NCBI GenBank assembly: GCA_965644265.1
Contig: OZ286466.1
Coordinates: forward strand, 39,866,001 to 39,930,000
Length of the DNA stretch: 64,000 nucleotides
From: Glycera tridactyla
Lineage: Eukaryota
Reading direction: 5' to 3'
Shown here: piece after piece, positions 47,536-60,735 of the stretch
Numbering within the stretch: position 1 is the stretch's first letter
How the letters are laid out: every line of letters begins with the position of its first letter
Made by a program: the position numbers and the translations under genes
The notes under the pieces: model-generated
Databases searched by the model: none
What the model was told of the DNA's origin: nothing
The model's input: the letters and a program-made list of their open reading frames with translations, nothing else

Positions 47536-47771
47536 GTAAAAACCACATCAAGATACATTTTCCTGACAATCCATGCTGTGGGTTATTGTTTGTGCGTGAA
47601 AACCACATCAAGATACATTTTCCTGACAATCCATGCTGTGGGTTATTGTTTGTGCGTGAAAACCACATCAAGATAGATTTTCCTGACAATCCATGCTGTG
47701 GGTTATTGTTTGTGCGTGAAAATCACATCAAGATACATTTTCCTGACAATCCATGCTGTGGGTTATTGTTT
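47536..47771. repeat. 60-bp tandem repeat, ~4 nearly identical copies
   Basis: aaccacatcaagata recurs at 47541, 47601, 47661 and 47721. Confidence 0.95.
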
Positions 47772-50700
47772 GGGAGTGGGCTCCAGATTAAAAACAGGCA
47801 GATTTCCATCTGATATAAATATCTGATACGTCACCACAAATGCATGAAGATCCAATTCGAGAATTATCGGTTCAAGTACCTTTTCCAGGACCCCCGACGA
47901 CCACCGAGAACATGATTTGGAATATCTGTGTGCACTAGGAGATGATTCACATTGGTTTTCATTGCATGTATACGGCGAATCTGTCGATATTATCGGCCAC
48001 TCTTCGTACATGGGACAGTAAAGATACCATGTCACAAAGAAAACTACTCGAAAGCAAAAGTGGCCATCAAAGTCTGCCAGTGAGATTCAATTCAAGCGGA
48101 CCTCGATTGCGTCTGTGAGCACGAAAAGCTCACACGTCACATTCGGAGACCTCAATGATGTAGTCATAACATGTGTTAGTATTACCACAGTAATGACCTT
48201 GGTGTTCCTGCAAATACTCACTTCTTTGACAGACATTGATGGCGGTGGAACAGCTCTGCTTGGGGCAGCAGTGGTAAGAGCATCAAAGTGGGATAGTGGG
48301 TCGAGTAGGTGAGTGCGTTCGTTGGTGGTGTTTGTGGCGCTTCTGTGGCGATGATTCCCGTGTCCCTGCAAGGAATTGGTGGTGGTGGAAGAGCTTTGAT
48401 TGGGACAGCAGTGGAAGGACCATCAAAATGAGATAATGGGTAATTAGGTGAGAGGGTTGGTGGGTGCCTCTGTAGCAATGATCTTGATGTACCTGTAAAT
48501 GCTCAATTCTTTGACACGAAGCAATACTGCAGGCAAAGGTATTCCTGGAGCAGCAGTGGTAGTTCTCGTTTGTTTATTTGAGGATTAATGGCATGTATCA
48601 ACCCAGAGGATTAGCAAGGTCGTGTGTTCCTGGTCAATGAATGATGAATGTCCTCTACCCTCCAGATATCACTCCCACAACCCCTGAACACAAAATGATG
48701 GCAACAAATATGAAAATAAAGTGTTTCAGATCCAGAATCTGAAATTGTCAAGTGGAGCCACAGTGGTGGGGGCCGCGAAAGCGAGACAGTGAATCGGGTA
48801 GGTGGGTGGGTGGGTGGGTGGGTTGGGTTAATGGGTGGGTGAATTGGTGGGTGGGTAGCATCCTCATCAGGCATCGGAGGCAATAGCACATTGATGAATG
48901 GATGAACTATTACGCTCAACGTAAATATGCTCGTCGTCCTGTTTGTTAGACACTTCACTAAAGCCGACACACTGTTTGTTCAGCTGTACCAGCAGGCAAT
49001 ATGAACACACGTACGTATCACGTACACACGCACGCACGCACATACAAAATCTCTCACGCATTCTGGAAGACACTAGCTAACATCGCAACGACCACGTATC
49101 ACCACAGAGGATCCGAAACCATATTGCTTCGACTTGAGATCGAAGTTCTGCTATGGGACTAGTATATACAATTCCAGAGATGAAAATCTTACGAATACGT
49201 TTGTCCCAGATTGGAATACAAAGAACAAAATTTCTCATTATGCCTTGAGACATTTCACAAGCGACATACATCGTGGTACTTATATAAAAAACGACTTTCA
49301 AAATTATGCCATCTCTTTTCTATTGCCTCTATATGAAACAAATGAGGTGGTGCATTGTGGGCAAATGAATCCTTCAGCGTTTCCAAACCCAAAACTCAGT
49401 TGCTACATACACTGTTGTGGACGTTCTGCGGTATGAAATGATTATATACACATCATGTCTTAAATCCCTGGAAGTATGACATGCGTTACTGTTAGTGGGC
49501 CATCTTGCCTTGAGCCGGCATTCAAGGTCCCCGTGTCAGACACGTGGCTGTCTGCGGGCCAGTGTCTTGGTACTGGCCCGAGGCGTGATCTGTGTTCTTC
49601 TGCCCATTAAGCGTCCATTACCCTAGTGAAGTTACCCATGAACTTGAGATGCGGATATGTCCCGAACTGAAGAGGTTCCTTATCACTCAATTGGACTTTC
49701 ATGTTATTCCACGATTTCGTTTAAAAATCGGAATATCATGCAACACATAGAACAGGACGTCATAAACAGATGCATTGGCGAACGAACCTGGGATGATAAG
49801 TCCATGGAATGGTGACAGAATTCATGGCTACCATCTGGCAGCAAGAACCTATAAAAACAATCTACACTGTCAAGGTTTTCTCCCGTGGCGAATACAGCCC
49901 TACAACCAACAATGTTGGTAAACAATGGTAAGCAGTTCCCCATATTGAATGGGTGACACAATTGCCATGGTTGAGCATCCAAATCTATTCAGACATCTAT
50001 GCTCTGCGATTTTTAGGATTGAGGGACGAAGACATCTTCACTATCATTGAATTTCCAACATGGCTGCCTCACCATTCTTTGGGATTCATAGGCAAGTCAT
50101 ACTTCACTACCTGACCTGATTGGTTTTGATGATGATCTTCATTGAGAATGATGGATTGGGGGCTCTCTATATTGTATATCAGGCAGTGGAAATATACGCT
50201 ACCTGCCTGATGTGTCCTGGGTTAGATAAGAAATTAGGACTGGGAATGATGAGTGATGTGAAAAGGCAGTCCCATAACAGGAGTGAAATGGCACCTCTGT
50301 GTGGAGGTAACTGAGTGTAACCTATATTCTGCACCACTCTATTTCACCCATTTATCAAAAATGGGGGATGAATGGGGACTTATTAATCTTAGGCTCTTTA
50401 CGATGGCGTTGAAGACGACCAGAGATAAGATGCTCCAATCAGTATTATCCTGTAATGTTACTTGTTGCTGGAAGTGGGGGTGAGCAACTGAATTAAACTC
50501 GCTACCCAATCAGCCGAAAAGATGGTTGGTTGAGGTTTAGCCAAATGCATCAACTCAAAGGATTATGTATGTCATGTGTCTCAGATCTGTGAAGTCTGCA
50601 TGCTCTATTCCTAGCAGGCATCACTCTCCTCACGCCCCGAATACAAGATGATGGACAACTTTTTGGTGGAAGTAATTCACAGTTCAGACTCATCGGTACA

Positions 50701-51474
50701 CACCACACAAAAACCTCCACGAACCAATTGATGGCATATTTATGTAACTGGATGAAAGCTTAATCTCAGGTCTAATCGATGCTTTGTTGTTGGGGGCACT
50801 ACACATTGCAGACATCGCAAAATTGGTGTGCGTTTTTTTGTCAAGGTATATTTCAATGTGGCGAAATTTTAGTATAAAATGTTGCCAGTGACATGGAAAG
50901 GTGTGTTTCATGAACATTGCTACACCATCAACCTTCATTGATTATTGATTTGTTCATCCAATGTGTGATGGAGTATATGGGATGAAATTGATATAAGACA
51001 ATATCTAGGCTGTGTCTTGGTAGAAAGATAGCGATTGTTCAATCAGGGTGTGAGCGACCGCAATCAAGTCAAGATCGAATGTCATGCTCTGGCATGTCGT
51101 GAAATCATCGTCGAGCTCACCAATTTAAATTGTACTTCTGCCATCAGCTGCCGCAGTCAAAACACAAAGTTAGATTGCTGTGTATCGATAAAATGACACG
51201 TGATCGGGGGCTGGATTTGTGACGGGATTGACAGGGCGGTAGATAAGAAGAACCCTCGAGTATGCCGGCCCGCCGGCCGCTGCGTCAATGTGACAACAAA
51301 CCTGGCAGGTTATCGACGCCTAAATTCCCCGAGGACCGCCACCTAGTGCTCCCCCGACGCACTAAACGACACGGCTCTCCACAGCTCGGCTATCACTACT
51401 ACAGTAGCTGAACCACAAGCTACATTAGTCTTTAGCCATAGATCCATTCCATAGGCCCTTCTGTCCATTTTACA

Positions 51475-51750
51475 GTTTTTGAGATCTCCACCTGCGGCTG
51501 GAGATCTTTATGCCATCACCTCTCTGCTAGACCTGCCGACCAACTCCGCCGATTCTGACTCTCGAGGCTGATATTATCAAATGAATTATGATCGGGGCTG
51601 TGTAAGAGGTGAAAATGATCTAATCTAACACCATTTCAAGATGATTTATTGATCTGATTAACGACAATTTGAGAAAATGTAGCAATTACGTAATCGGCAA
51701 TTCACTTTACACTCGTTTTTGTGGCCGATTACCGCAGCACACAGATCTCG
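51475..51750 (+). repeat. Dispersed repeat, paralogous to 17695-17970
   Basis: See 17695-17970. Confidence 0.75.
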
Positions 51751-52364
51751 ACAGCACGGATGAGGATGTGCTGCGTGCAAATAGCAAGTGTGTGCGAGGC
51801 AGCATATTAATATAGAAACGAAGTAGGTCAAGGCGAGAGAGTCTCTCTGTCTCTCTCCCTCCCTCCCTCTCTCCCCCTCCCCCCCCCCTCTCTCTCTCCC
51901 TCCCTCTGTCTCTCTCGGAGATCTCTTGGCACACGTAGGCGCTCTTGTTTAGTTGTAGTTCGAAGCCGTGTGCTATTTGGATGCCGCTGACATGGGTGAT
52001 TTCATACAAGACCCTTTCTCCATCGTCCCAACGGACGGCCAGATGACGTGGAAGTCACATACATTCATATAGACCCTTCATCATTTGACGGAATGAAACC
52101 TCGAATTCCCATGCACCACCATCACCTACCATCGAATCATGCGCGGATGCTTTGAACTGTTAACCTCGGATATGGAATCAATATGTTTTGATTATGAGAT
52201 ATCAGAGACTAAAGTATCAATGTCTCAAAAATATCACCTATCCTGTTCATGCTTTTGGAAGCTCTCAATCTCCAATTAAGATCGGGGAATCTGAAATCAC
52301 AACTGAACAATGCGGGAGAGCCAATAACTTCTATTTTTTTCGCTCATAGACGTTGGTCGAACAG

Positions 52365-52680
52365 CCCTTGTTGCTCAATCAGACTATAATGACGCTCTGT
52401 GCCACACAGATTCATTGGTCTATCAGACTACAATCTGACATTATTCAACACCCAGGCTTGTTGGCCAATCAGGCTATAGTGACACTCTGTGCCACACAGA
52501 ATCATTGGTCTATCAGACTATAGTTTGACACTCCTCAACACCCAGGCTTGTTGGCCAATCAGGCTATAGTGACACTCTGTGCCACACAGATTCATTGGTC
52601 TATCAGACTATAATTTGACACTCTTCAGCATTCAGTCTTGTTGGCCAATCAGAAAATCTGACAATGGTGACACTCTGTTT
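52365..52680. repeat. 90-bp tandem repeat, ~3.3 copies
   Basis: ctctgtgccacacaga at 52395, 52485 and 52575. Confidence 0.92.
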
Positions 52681-54634
52681 CGTTTGCCACAACAAATTGA
52701 AGCATACCACACAAACAAGGGCACCAAGTCACATATTGGAGAATTTTCTCAATCAGCTATTCAGTCACCTGCATCTACACACATTAGATTATATTCGTGT
52801 TCACAATGAAGCTGCTCTGGCTCAAAACACTCTCTTAATTGACAAGCATGTGAATAACTCCATCTCCAGAATGGGTTGGCTGTACCAGTTTACTTGGAGG
52901 CGGGCATAACACTAGTAGTTTTTGCATTCATACATGCATTGGGAGTACTTTTTTCACTCATGCAGTATACACATGATTTATCTGTGATGAAACAGCAAAA
53001 ATGCATGGAGATGAAGTAGAATGAATCATACTCCAATTGGTGAACTTGTCATGTGTTCGCACAGTACCCTAATCATATAGATATCAGGGACCAACTTGAA
53101 TGAGCAAGGACACCATGGGAAAAAGCTGTGTTTTTCTGAAATCAGCATAAAATTAAGATAAGCAGCGGATTGGATTGCATCAATTGCCCATATGCATGAT
53201 AGATAGAATCGTTATGACACATCAGCTCATGTTTTGACACCAGACACTTCACAATCTCACACACATACAAAAAAGATTCAATGATGATGGCATAAGAAAA
53301 TTTGCAAGCATATTCTCCAAAAAGTGTCCTAGCCTGATCTCAACTATGAGCCAAATATTCGAGATATACTGAGATAAGATATCCATTTAGCTTAGGCACA
53401 CAACCCGGAAATTGTCATCACCGTAATCGTAATGACTTTGAAGACTCAGAATTCTTATGCGATTCAAAATAATTTGTGAAGCTAATTCTCATTTGGAGAG
53501 CGCTCTTGTTCAACCAATGAGCTGAGTAGGTGATAAAAATATTCCAATTGTAATAAGAGAGTGACGATGTCCGAATAGATGATACACTTTTGGTGTACCA
53601 AAGGTGCCGCGAACTCCAGATAGGTGGGGTCAGATATGGTGGAGATATTTTAGAAAAGGCCAGAAAGATGTTTAATGGCATGTGCATTGTTGGATAATAC
53701 CAGCTGGGATGGATTAACGGCAAGATGCTCATGCTTTGATACTAAACACGAGAAAGAGTGGCGAGAGGTAAGGGAACTCATCGGCTGCCAATACAGTATG
53801 TCAAAACAAACCACTCCCCATGATCTCACCAATTTCTGCAGCAGATTGATTAGAATCATATTAATATGATAATTACCTGAAGCGGCGTGGATTAACATCA
53901 CTCATACCTTGAACCACCCTTTCCCAGCAAATCTGGCCTATTTGACCAAGTGATTTATTTTCGATGCCACCTCTGAAGTGAACTACAAGAATTAGAATGA
54001 AAGTGCATGACATTATATGTAATTAGACATCTCAATTTCAGCATGATAGCCCATGTTGAGAGGTTAGGTCATTGGGGCCATTTCGGCTAAATGTTATCAT
54101 TTGAGTTTCACTGTCCCTTGAGTCGTGTCTATACGTAATAAAGGGATTTTAATGGCTTGAAGTTTTGGGATTGAGAAGTGTACCCTAGCTGCCAATGATG
54201 TAGAACGCTGCCACCTCGCTGAGGCCCGTCAGCATTGGCGAGTTGACTTAACCTTTCGTATTTGATGGTGTTTCTGGCACACGCTGGGGCTACCCCTGGC
54301 GCACATGCACCTTCGTGCCACACACCCAACCTGTGGCTGTATCCCGCGCGAAGTCCTGACAAAACACCGAGGTGTGCACGTGCCTGGTATGTATAAGTAG
54401 ATACAGGTGTGCGTGTATAAGTGTGTATCATCTCCAACCACTCAGTCAGCAAGGGAGTCAGTCAGTCTGTCAGTCTGACTTTCTCTTCCTCTTCATCCCC
54501 TCTCTTTGTCTCAGTCAGTTTCTTTCTTGCCATCTCGCTTATATGATCAGTGAATCCCTCTCGCACTTTCCTCCGCACCCCGTGTCCTTCAGTACATCTC
54601 TCCGTCGATCCATCTATCTGAACCTCAATCTATT

Positions 54635-54835
54635 CATTCATCTTTCCATCCATCCATCCACCCATCCCTTCATCCATCCATCCGCACGCCTCTCCGTGCA
54701 TCTACCCATCAACCAAACAATCAATCAATCAACCAACCAAGCGATCGACCAATCAATCAATCAATCGATCGATCAATCTGTCAGTCAGTTAATCAGTCAG
54801 TCAATCAATCAGTCAGTCAGTCAGTCAGTCAGTCT
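54635..54835. repeat. Compound tetranucleotide tract (CCAT)n-(CAAT)n-(CAGT)n
   Basis: Read directly from the sequence. Confidence 0.85.
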
Positions 54836-56262
54836 GTTTTTTAATCGTTATCACACACAAGCATGGTCATAATATAAGGAGTATCACACGTTGTTTTTCT
54901 GTTTGTCTATTTCTTTATCCATCTATTCAGCCGGTTCCATAAATCAAAAGTCCCAAAGATCAGACTGGTATATATTTCCAGTACGTGGGGTGTGCGTGTG
55001 TGTGCGCGTGTGTGTACGTGCGTATACATGTGTGCCTTTCATGTGTGGAGTTTATCATGCTAGACAATCAATCAACAGGCTTCCACCGCTCTGAAGAGTG
55101 GGCGAAAATTCTGTAAAAATACAAAGAGGTAAGTATGCGTGGTATGTGCGCATGCGCATGCAGTTGTGAATGCACTACATACGTCCGCGTGTGTTGTGTG
55201 GGTGTGTGAGTGAGAGAAAAAGGAGAGGTAGGGGTAGGGGAGAGAATACATGTGTGCTGTTCATGTAAATGGCAGATGTTTGGTTGGTTGGTTGGATGGT
55301 TGGTATAGGAGTTTATGTTTCTGTAATTTACTACATTGTTCCTCATATGATAGTTCACACTATGTTTCTGTTTGGACAGACGTGATACCCCCCCTCTCTC
55401 TCTCCCTCTCAACTCTCTCTTTGTCTCTGTCTCTGTCTCTCTCTGTCTCTCTGTCTCTCTGTCTCTCTCTACATGTACCTCACGTAGTCTAGTGTAATGA
55501 GTAATTCATTCACCGAGGAACATCAGAAGGAGCCTTCTGGAGATTATTCGAGACCGGAAATGTGAGATACCCAAAAAAAAACTGGTTTTCTCTCCGGTTT
55601 GGTATATCGAATATCTGTGGTCATGAATAAATGAAAATAAGCACCCCAATCTCGTAATATGATTCTGTCTACCACTGTGCATCCCTCCATCACCAACTTT
55701 GGGGTAATGATGTATTAGACTGTGAAACCGTTCAGCTAAATACAAAACGTGTGACTATTTTGAGAGTTTACATTGTCAACATCGTCTAAGAGCCCTTCCT
55801 GTGCTCCCAACTCCCTTCACGCCTGTGGAGCGTATCTTCAGATCTTGTTCTGAACATCTCCAAATCCTAATATGATATTTTATGTTGTATATACTGTCCG
55901 AAATGTGATTTATGTTTTTATGTTATTTCTTTTTCTTCCCTGTTATTATTATATCTTTTTCTCGAGTAGGGAAGATATAGTCAAATATTGTGTCTTCCTC
56001 ATGAGAGTATGAATACAACTTAATGATATGTATAAACCTATTGGATCATGTATGTCGTGTGTCCCCGTGACAGCTGAATACTCTATCCCCTGCTAACATC
56101 GTGCACTCTTCCACTCATCGAACACAAGATGGGAAGCCCGAAGCTGGCACTTCAGACACACCTAAATCCAATACATTTGAACGCATAACTAAAGAATATG
56201 TAGAATCGGACATCTACCTCAAGATAAGCTTTCTCCAGCGCAATCGAGGTATATGCAGAGTG

Positions 56263-56263
<1 letters not shown>

Positions 56264-56313
<50 letters not shown>

Positions 56314-56320
56314 GACAGAG
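56264..56320. repeat. (CAGA)n microsatellite
   Basis: Read directly from the sequence. Confidence 0.95.
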
Positions 56321-57299
56321 AGATACTTGAATTGTGAAACAAAAAATAAGTACACAGTTTTCTGTGAATACAGTCAGTCTATTTCCTATGGTTTAATCGT
56401 GGCTCCATACTTAATTGAAAGTAAAATTCAGGGTCCAAATCGAAGCGACATATGGGAAGTAGGTTGAGCCCAGAGTACTATTCCTATTGAATGAGAATGG
56501 ATAATCCTGNNNNNNNNNNNNNNNNNNNNNNNNNNNNNNNNNNNNNNNNNNNNNNNNNNNNNNNNNNNNNNNNNNNNNNNNNNNNNNNNNNNNNNNNNNN
56601 NNNNNNNNNNNNNNNNNNNNNNNNNNNNNNNNNNNNNNNNNNNNNNNNNNNNNNNNNNNNNNNNNNNNNNNNNNNNNNNNNNNNNNNNNNNNNNNNNNNN
56701 NNNNNNNNNNNNNNNNNNNNNNNNNNNNNNNNNNNNNNNNNNNNNNNNNNNNNNNNNNNNNNNNNNNNNNNNNNNNNNNNNNNNNNCGGGTGTGTTCGCA
56801 TCTATCCGAGCAGTCAGCCAGATGTGTCAGGAAAAATAAGACTGGGAAGTGGGTCTGTAGAGCGTATGTTGGCTCATTGCGTGTTGTGATAGGCCTATCC
56901 AGATGACAAGCAATCAGCGATTGACTTGGGAATATTTCTCCACTGTAAATCCTGTCATTCACTAGGTCTTTCTCACACGATCAATAATGCTGCTGGGACC
57001 CTGCAGATGGGTGTGGGGTGGGTGGGTGGGCGCATTATCCGTGTGAGTATCATGTTTGCTGTGTATCTATTGCAAATGCCTGTATCATGGCTTGGAATGC
57101 CTCTTAATATGAGTTGGTATTAATAATCCAAACGGAAGTCCAAAGTGCTGATATAATGAACATGGATGTTTATTGGGTACAAGACATACCCGACAGAGTA
57201 CGATCGGATTCAGGTAAAGGTGTGTCAGAGTAACATTTATATCCTATTGTATACCATAGAATTGGGAATGTCTCCCCACCCTTATGATGAATAAGCGAT

Positions 57300-57660
57300 G
57301 TGTGATCCGTTTCTGTTCAGTACAGGTCCTTGATTTATTCCCATCTGTCAAATATAGTCTTCAACAATCCGTGTGCCAATTATCCCACAGATGAGTCCCT
57401 CTTAGACAAGAACCTGCTGTTATTTGCTGTTTAAGACTCATTCGAATGTCTGTTTAGTCCTATTTTCAGAGCGACGTCCTCCATGGATTGGGAACACTCT
57501 CAATTCTGTTATCCTTAAAGGATCAATAACAATCTCGTGATAGTGACAGTTGGAGAATTATCACTATACAATCATAAAGCGAAACGCTCTGGTGGGAATA
57601 TAAGTGAAATACTTTGGTTTGAATATCAGGACTGGCCCTCCTTGAGGAATGCGTTGTTAT
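57300..57660 (-). mobile_element. Possible highly decayed RTE-like RT remnant
   Basis: Minus-strand fragments IPQGG and VALKIGLN resemble RT motifs; weak. Confidence 0.3.
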
Positions 57661-58356
57661 GCTGTGTCAGGTGCCAGTATGATGTGATGATCTCAGTCAC
57701 TGGCACATAGTCTGGTGTCGCCGTGATCAAGCAGGTGGTTTCGTGTGATCTTCACGTCAATTCACATGCAATCATAAGTAAGACCATAACTTAACTATAC
57801 GACAAGAGTACAAGAGATGGACCTACTGAAATACAAATAATAACCTGGGTAACAGCACACTGTTTGCCATCTTCACACCGAAGATATACCACAATAGACT
57901 ATACCGAGCTGAGAGAATAGTAAATCAGGTAGCTGCATATGATAGATAGCACTGGTTATATCTATCTAAGAGAATAGTAAGGAAGGTAATTGTACTTAGC
58001 AAGTATAATTTCTCACAACAGCAGACATGTGACACAGATTTTACAGCGATATAGAGCTGAGGCTCTTAAGTGAATTAAATCAAGTATCAGGTGCTCGAGG
58101 CACTTGAGAATACAAGAAATTCATATATGTGCTTCGATGACCCAACAAACTTAGTTGATACGTAAGCACTACAGTACAACTGCACATCATGCACTGAAAT
58201 AATTTTGCGTCACGTTTGAACTGGTCATCTGACAGCGGCTGGCATGCTTACCAGGCTTCCCTGAGGACGCCTACTGCGTTGCTGGCAATATAACTTACGA
58301 AAAGTCTATGTTCACTGTGCCACTCCGTGGCACAGGATTAGATATCAAACCTAATG

Positions 58357-58557
58357 CCTAAGAGCGTAGTTCAATAGAGATCCTGTGCTATGATGCCCAA
58401 CCCTGCTTGGACCCACTCAGTTAGCACTGGAACATGCATTGTCAACGACGCCTTAACAACGCCTGCAGAACCTATTCGCTTTGCAGCCCTTTTTTAGTCT
58501 ATGTTAGCACTGGTGCCATGGGGTGGCACAGGATCTCTATCGAACTACACCCTTAGG
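58357..58557. mobile_element. Small inverted-repeat (MITE-like) element
   Basis: 32-bp inverted repeat 58357-58388 / 58526-58557 with 3 transition mismatches. Confidence 0.6.
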
Positions 58558-58888
58558 GGCTAAGACCAGAATCCAATCATTGCAAATGTGCCCATGGATA
58601 AGGGAGTACGACAGCAAGCAATGTACAGGTGATGTAGCGTTAGTCTGTCACCGAATACTGATGCTCCAAAAAGTTGCGATTTGATGCGATTTCATCAATC
58701 TTTCGATGCATGTTATATCATTCAATCTTATTCATTGGCGAATGACATTTACTTGACAGGATCCGTAATTCCCCACTCATGCAGTATGATTTCATTCTCA
58801 TATCACGTATGAGTTCTGTATTCTAAGTTGTGAGTGCCATTTTCCATGCGGAACTGGGCAGGGTTATTGACAGCAATTATAACATGTA

Positions 58889-58993
58889 CAGTCGAACCTA
58901 CCCGAAAGACCATCTCTCTGCCCATAAAGACCAATTTCTTTGCGACCGAATGTGGTCTTCATAGATAGGTTTGTTTGTTTGTTTGTTTGACTG
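58889..58993. mobile_element. Short Tc1/mariner-type MITE with a (GTTT)n expansion in its right TIR
   Basis: TA|cagtcgaacct...aaagacca ... tggtcttc...aggttt(gttt)n gactg. Confidence 0.6.
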
Positions 58994-60479
58994 TTTTGAC
59001 TGGTCTCAGTCCAGTACCACTGTCGGAGCCCGAAGGTTCTGATCTTCCCAGTACTGCTGTTAGCTATTTATGGATGATTGGTCTAATCTTGGCAAGGCGC
59101 AACCCTCTGCCTGTGATTAAATTTTGAACCTCCTGCCTTGTGCTTGCATGTGTCTGTATGCTGAGGAGGTGTATCAGTGTAGCTGGGTTTTTTGTAGTCA
59201 CTTATTATAGCGACACTGCTTACCTAGGACCATTGTTTTCAGATGCCAGATAGGCGCTCACACCATCACCCAGCCCTGGTGGTGTGTAGCTCATGCCTGT
59301 TTCTGTGTTTAGAGCTCAACACTGGGGGCCCAGACCACTGGTGTAGTCTGTGACTATTGGTGTAGTGTATGGCTCACCCATACCAGTACTGCGTCCTCAC
59401 AACCCTGCCGTGGTCACCCATCCCATGACTAGCTGCGGCCACAGCTGTTCTACATTCTGGTTGAGTGTGAAGACGCTACCACTACACCACGCAGCCCCAT
59501 TTGACTGTATATCAAAGACTATAGAAATGCCCTAAAGTGTTTCGATTTCATATGAAGTATGAGTTGTGAATTCCAAGTTGTAGGTATTATCCTCTACGTT
59601 GAACTTGCTGGGGTTATCAACCGCAAATCGGACCACCATCAGCAGCCCCCATCAGCAGCAGCAGCAACCGAAGTAGCAACAGCATCCATGGCAATATCAA
59701 CCCCCTTCAATAGTAGCAACTGCCTCATAACATCACTGATAGAAACATCAGAAGTTGGCAGCTCGCAGCAAATACCCGCAAAAGCAAATCAATGCAGGTA
59801 CATATTATTGTTGTAAGCAAATTACACCACAAGTAAACAGACCGTTGTCGCCTGGCCAAAATATCCAGTTGACAATTCATAGGACTGAGGCAGCCGAATT
59901 GTATGGGTGGGGCGCGGGTAAGGTTTGGGTGGGGGTGGGTGAGGGTGGGGCCGTCTGCATAGGATTGGCAGGTTGACAAACCACCTGCTCCGGATCTGTC
60001 AAATATATTTAGGTAGGGCAGGGGATGCCGACAGGTCATGGAGTTCCCCAAGCTCAGTTCGTATTTAAACACACTGAATTAGTACAAATTTTGATCAAAC
60101 GCGATCATTCCGAATTTCGAATGAAACAGGATATCAATGGAAAATAGGTCGCTATACCCGCCGATTTTACGTCTTTGTCGAGTACCTTCCGAATTAGTGG
60201 TGCATAGTAAAATGCGGAATGTTCTGGTCTCACTCGAAATCTAATATGACATGCGCCCGAAGCCATGCTTTCCCCTCGTGCCTTTAACCATCAGGCGCTG
60301 AATCCATTATTCAGTTTTAACCCTAAAGGTCTTTCAGGTGGCCGATGTACCTGGTTGTCACCCCCAACTCAATCTTGAGGATTCACCGTAATTCTTGATG
60401 GAAGAGGGCATGTTTTCGGCATGTGAAAGCCACCGCCAGTACATCTACCATTGGTGCCGCCAACAGCACCAAAATCAGC

Positions 60480-60735
60480 CACTGTGAGTGACGCAGCACC
60501 AGCAGCACCAGCACCAGCACCAGCAGCACCAGCACCACCACTAGCACTGGCACCACCAGCATGCCAACCCCACCACGAGTACCCCATAATCACTAACACC
60601 AGCACCACCACCACCGCCACCGACACCAGCACCACCGGCACCACCATCAGCGGTACGCCAACCCACCACGAGTATACCACTACGATAACCCAAACCACCA
60701 CCCCACCACCACCACCACCACCACTACCACCACCG
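60480..60735 (+). repeat. (ACC/AGC)n low-complexity tract
   Basis: Degenerate trinucleotide repeat that explains the Ala/Pro/Thr-rich ORFs. Confidence 0.8.

Noticed and set aside
53090-53900. Protein-like fragments (DGIRKFASIFSKKCPSL, DILEKARKMFNG) suggesting a decayed transposase
   Set aside because: Many stops and frameshifts and no motif I can assign to a family.
54120-54420. Possible solo LTR
   Set aside because: I could not define TG...CA boundaries with a TSD, and there is no second copy or internal retroviral sequence.
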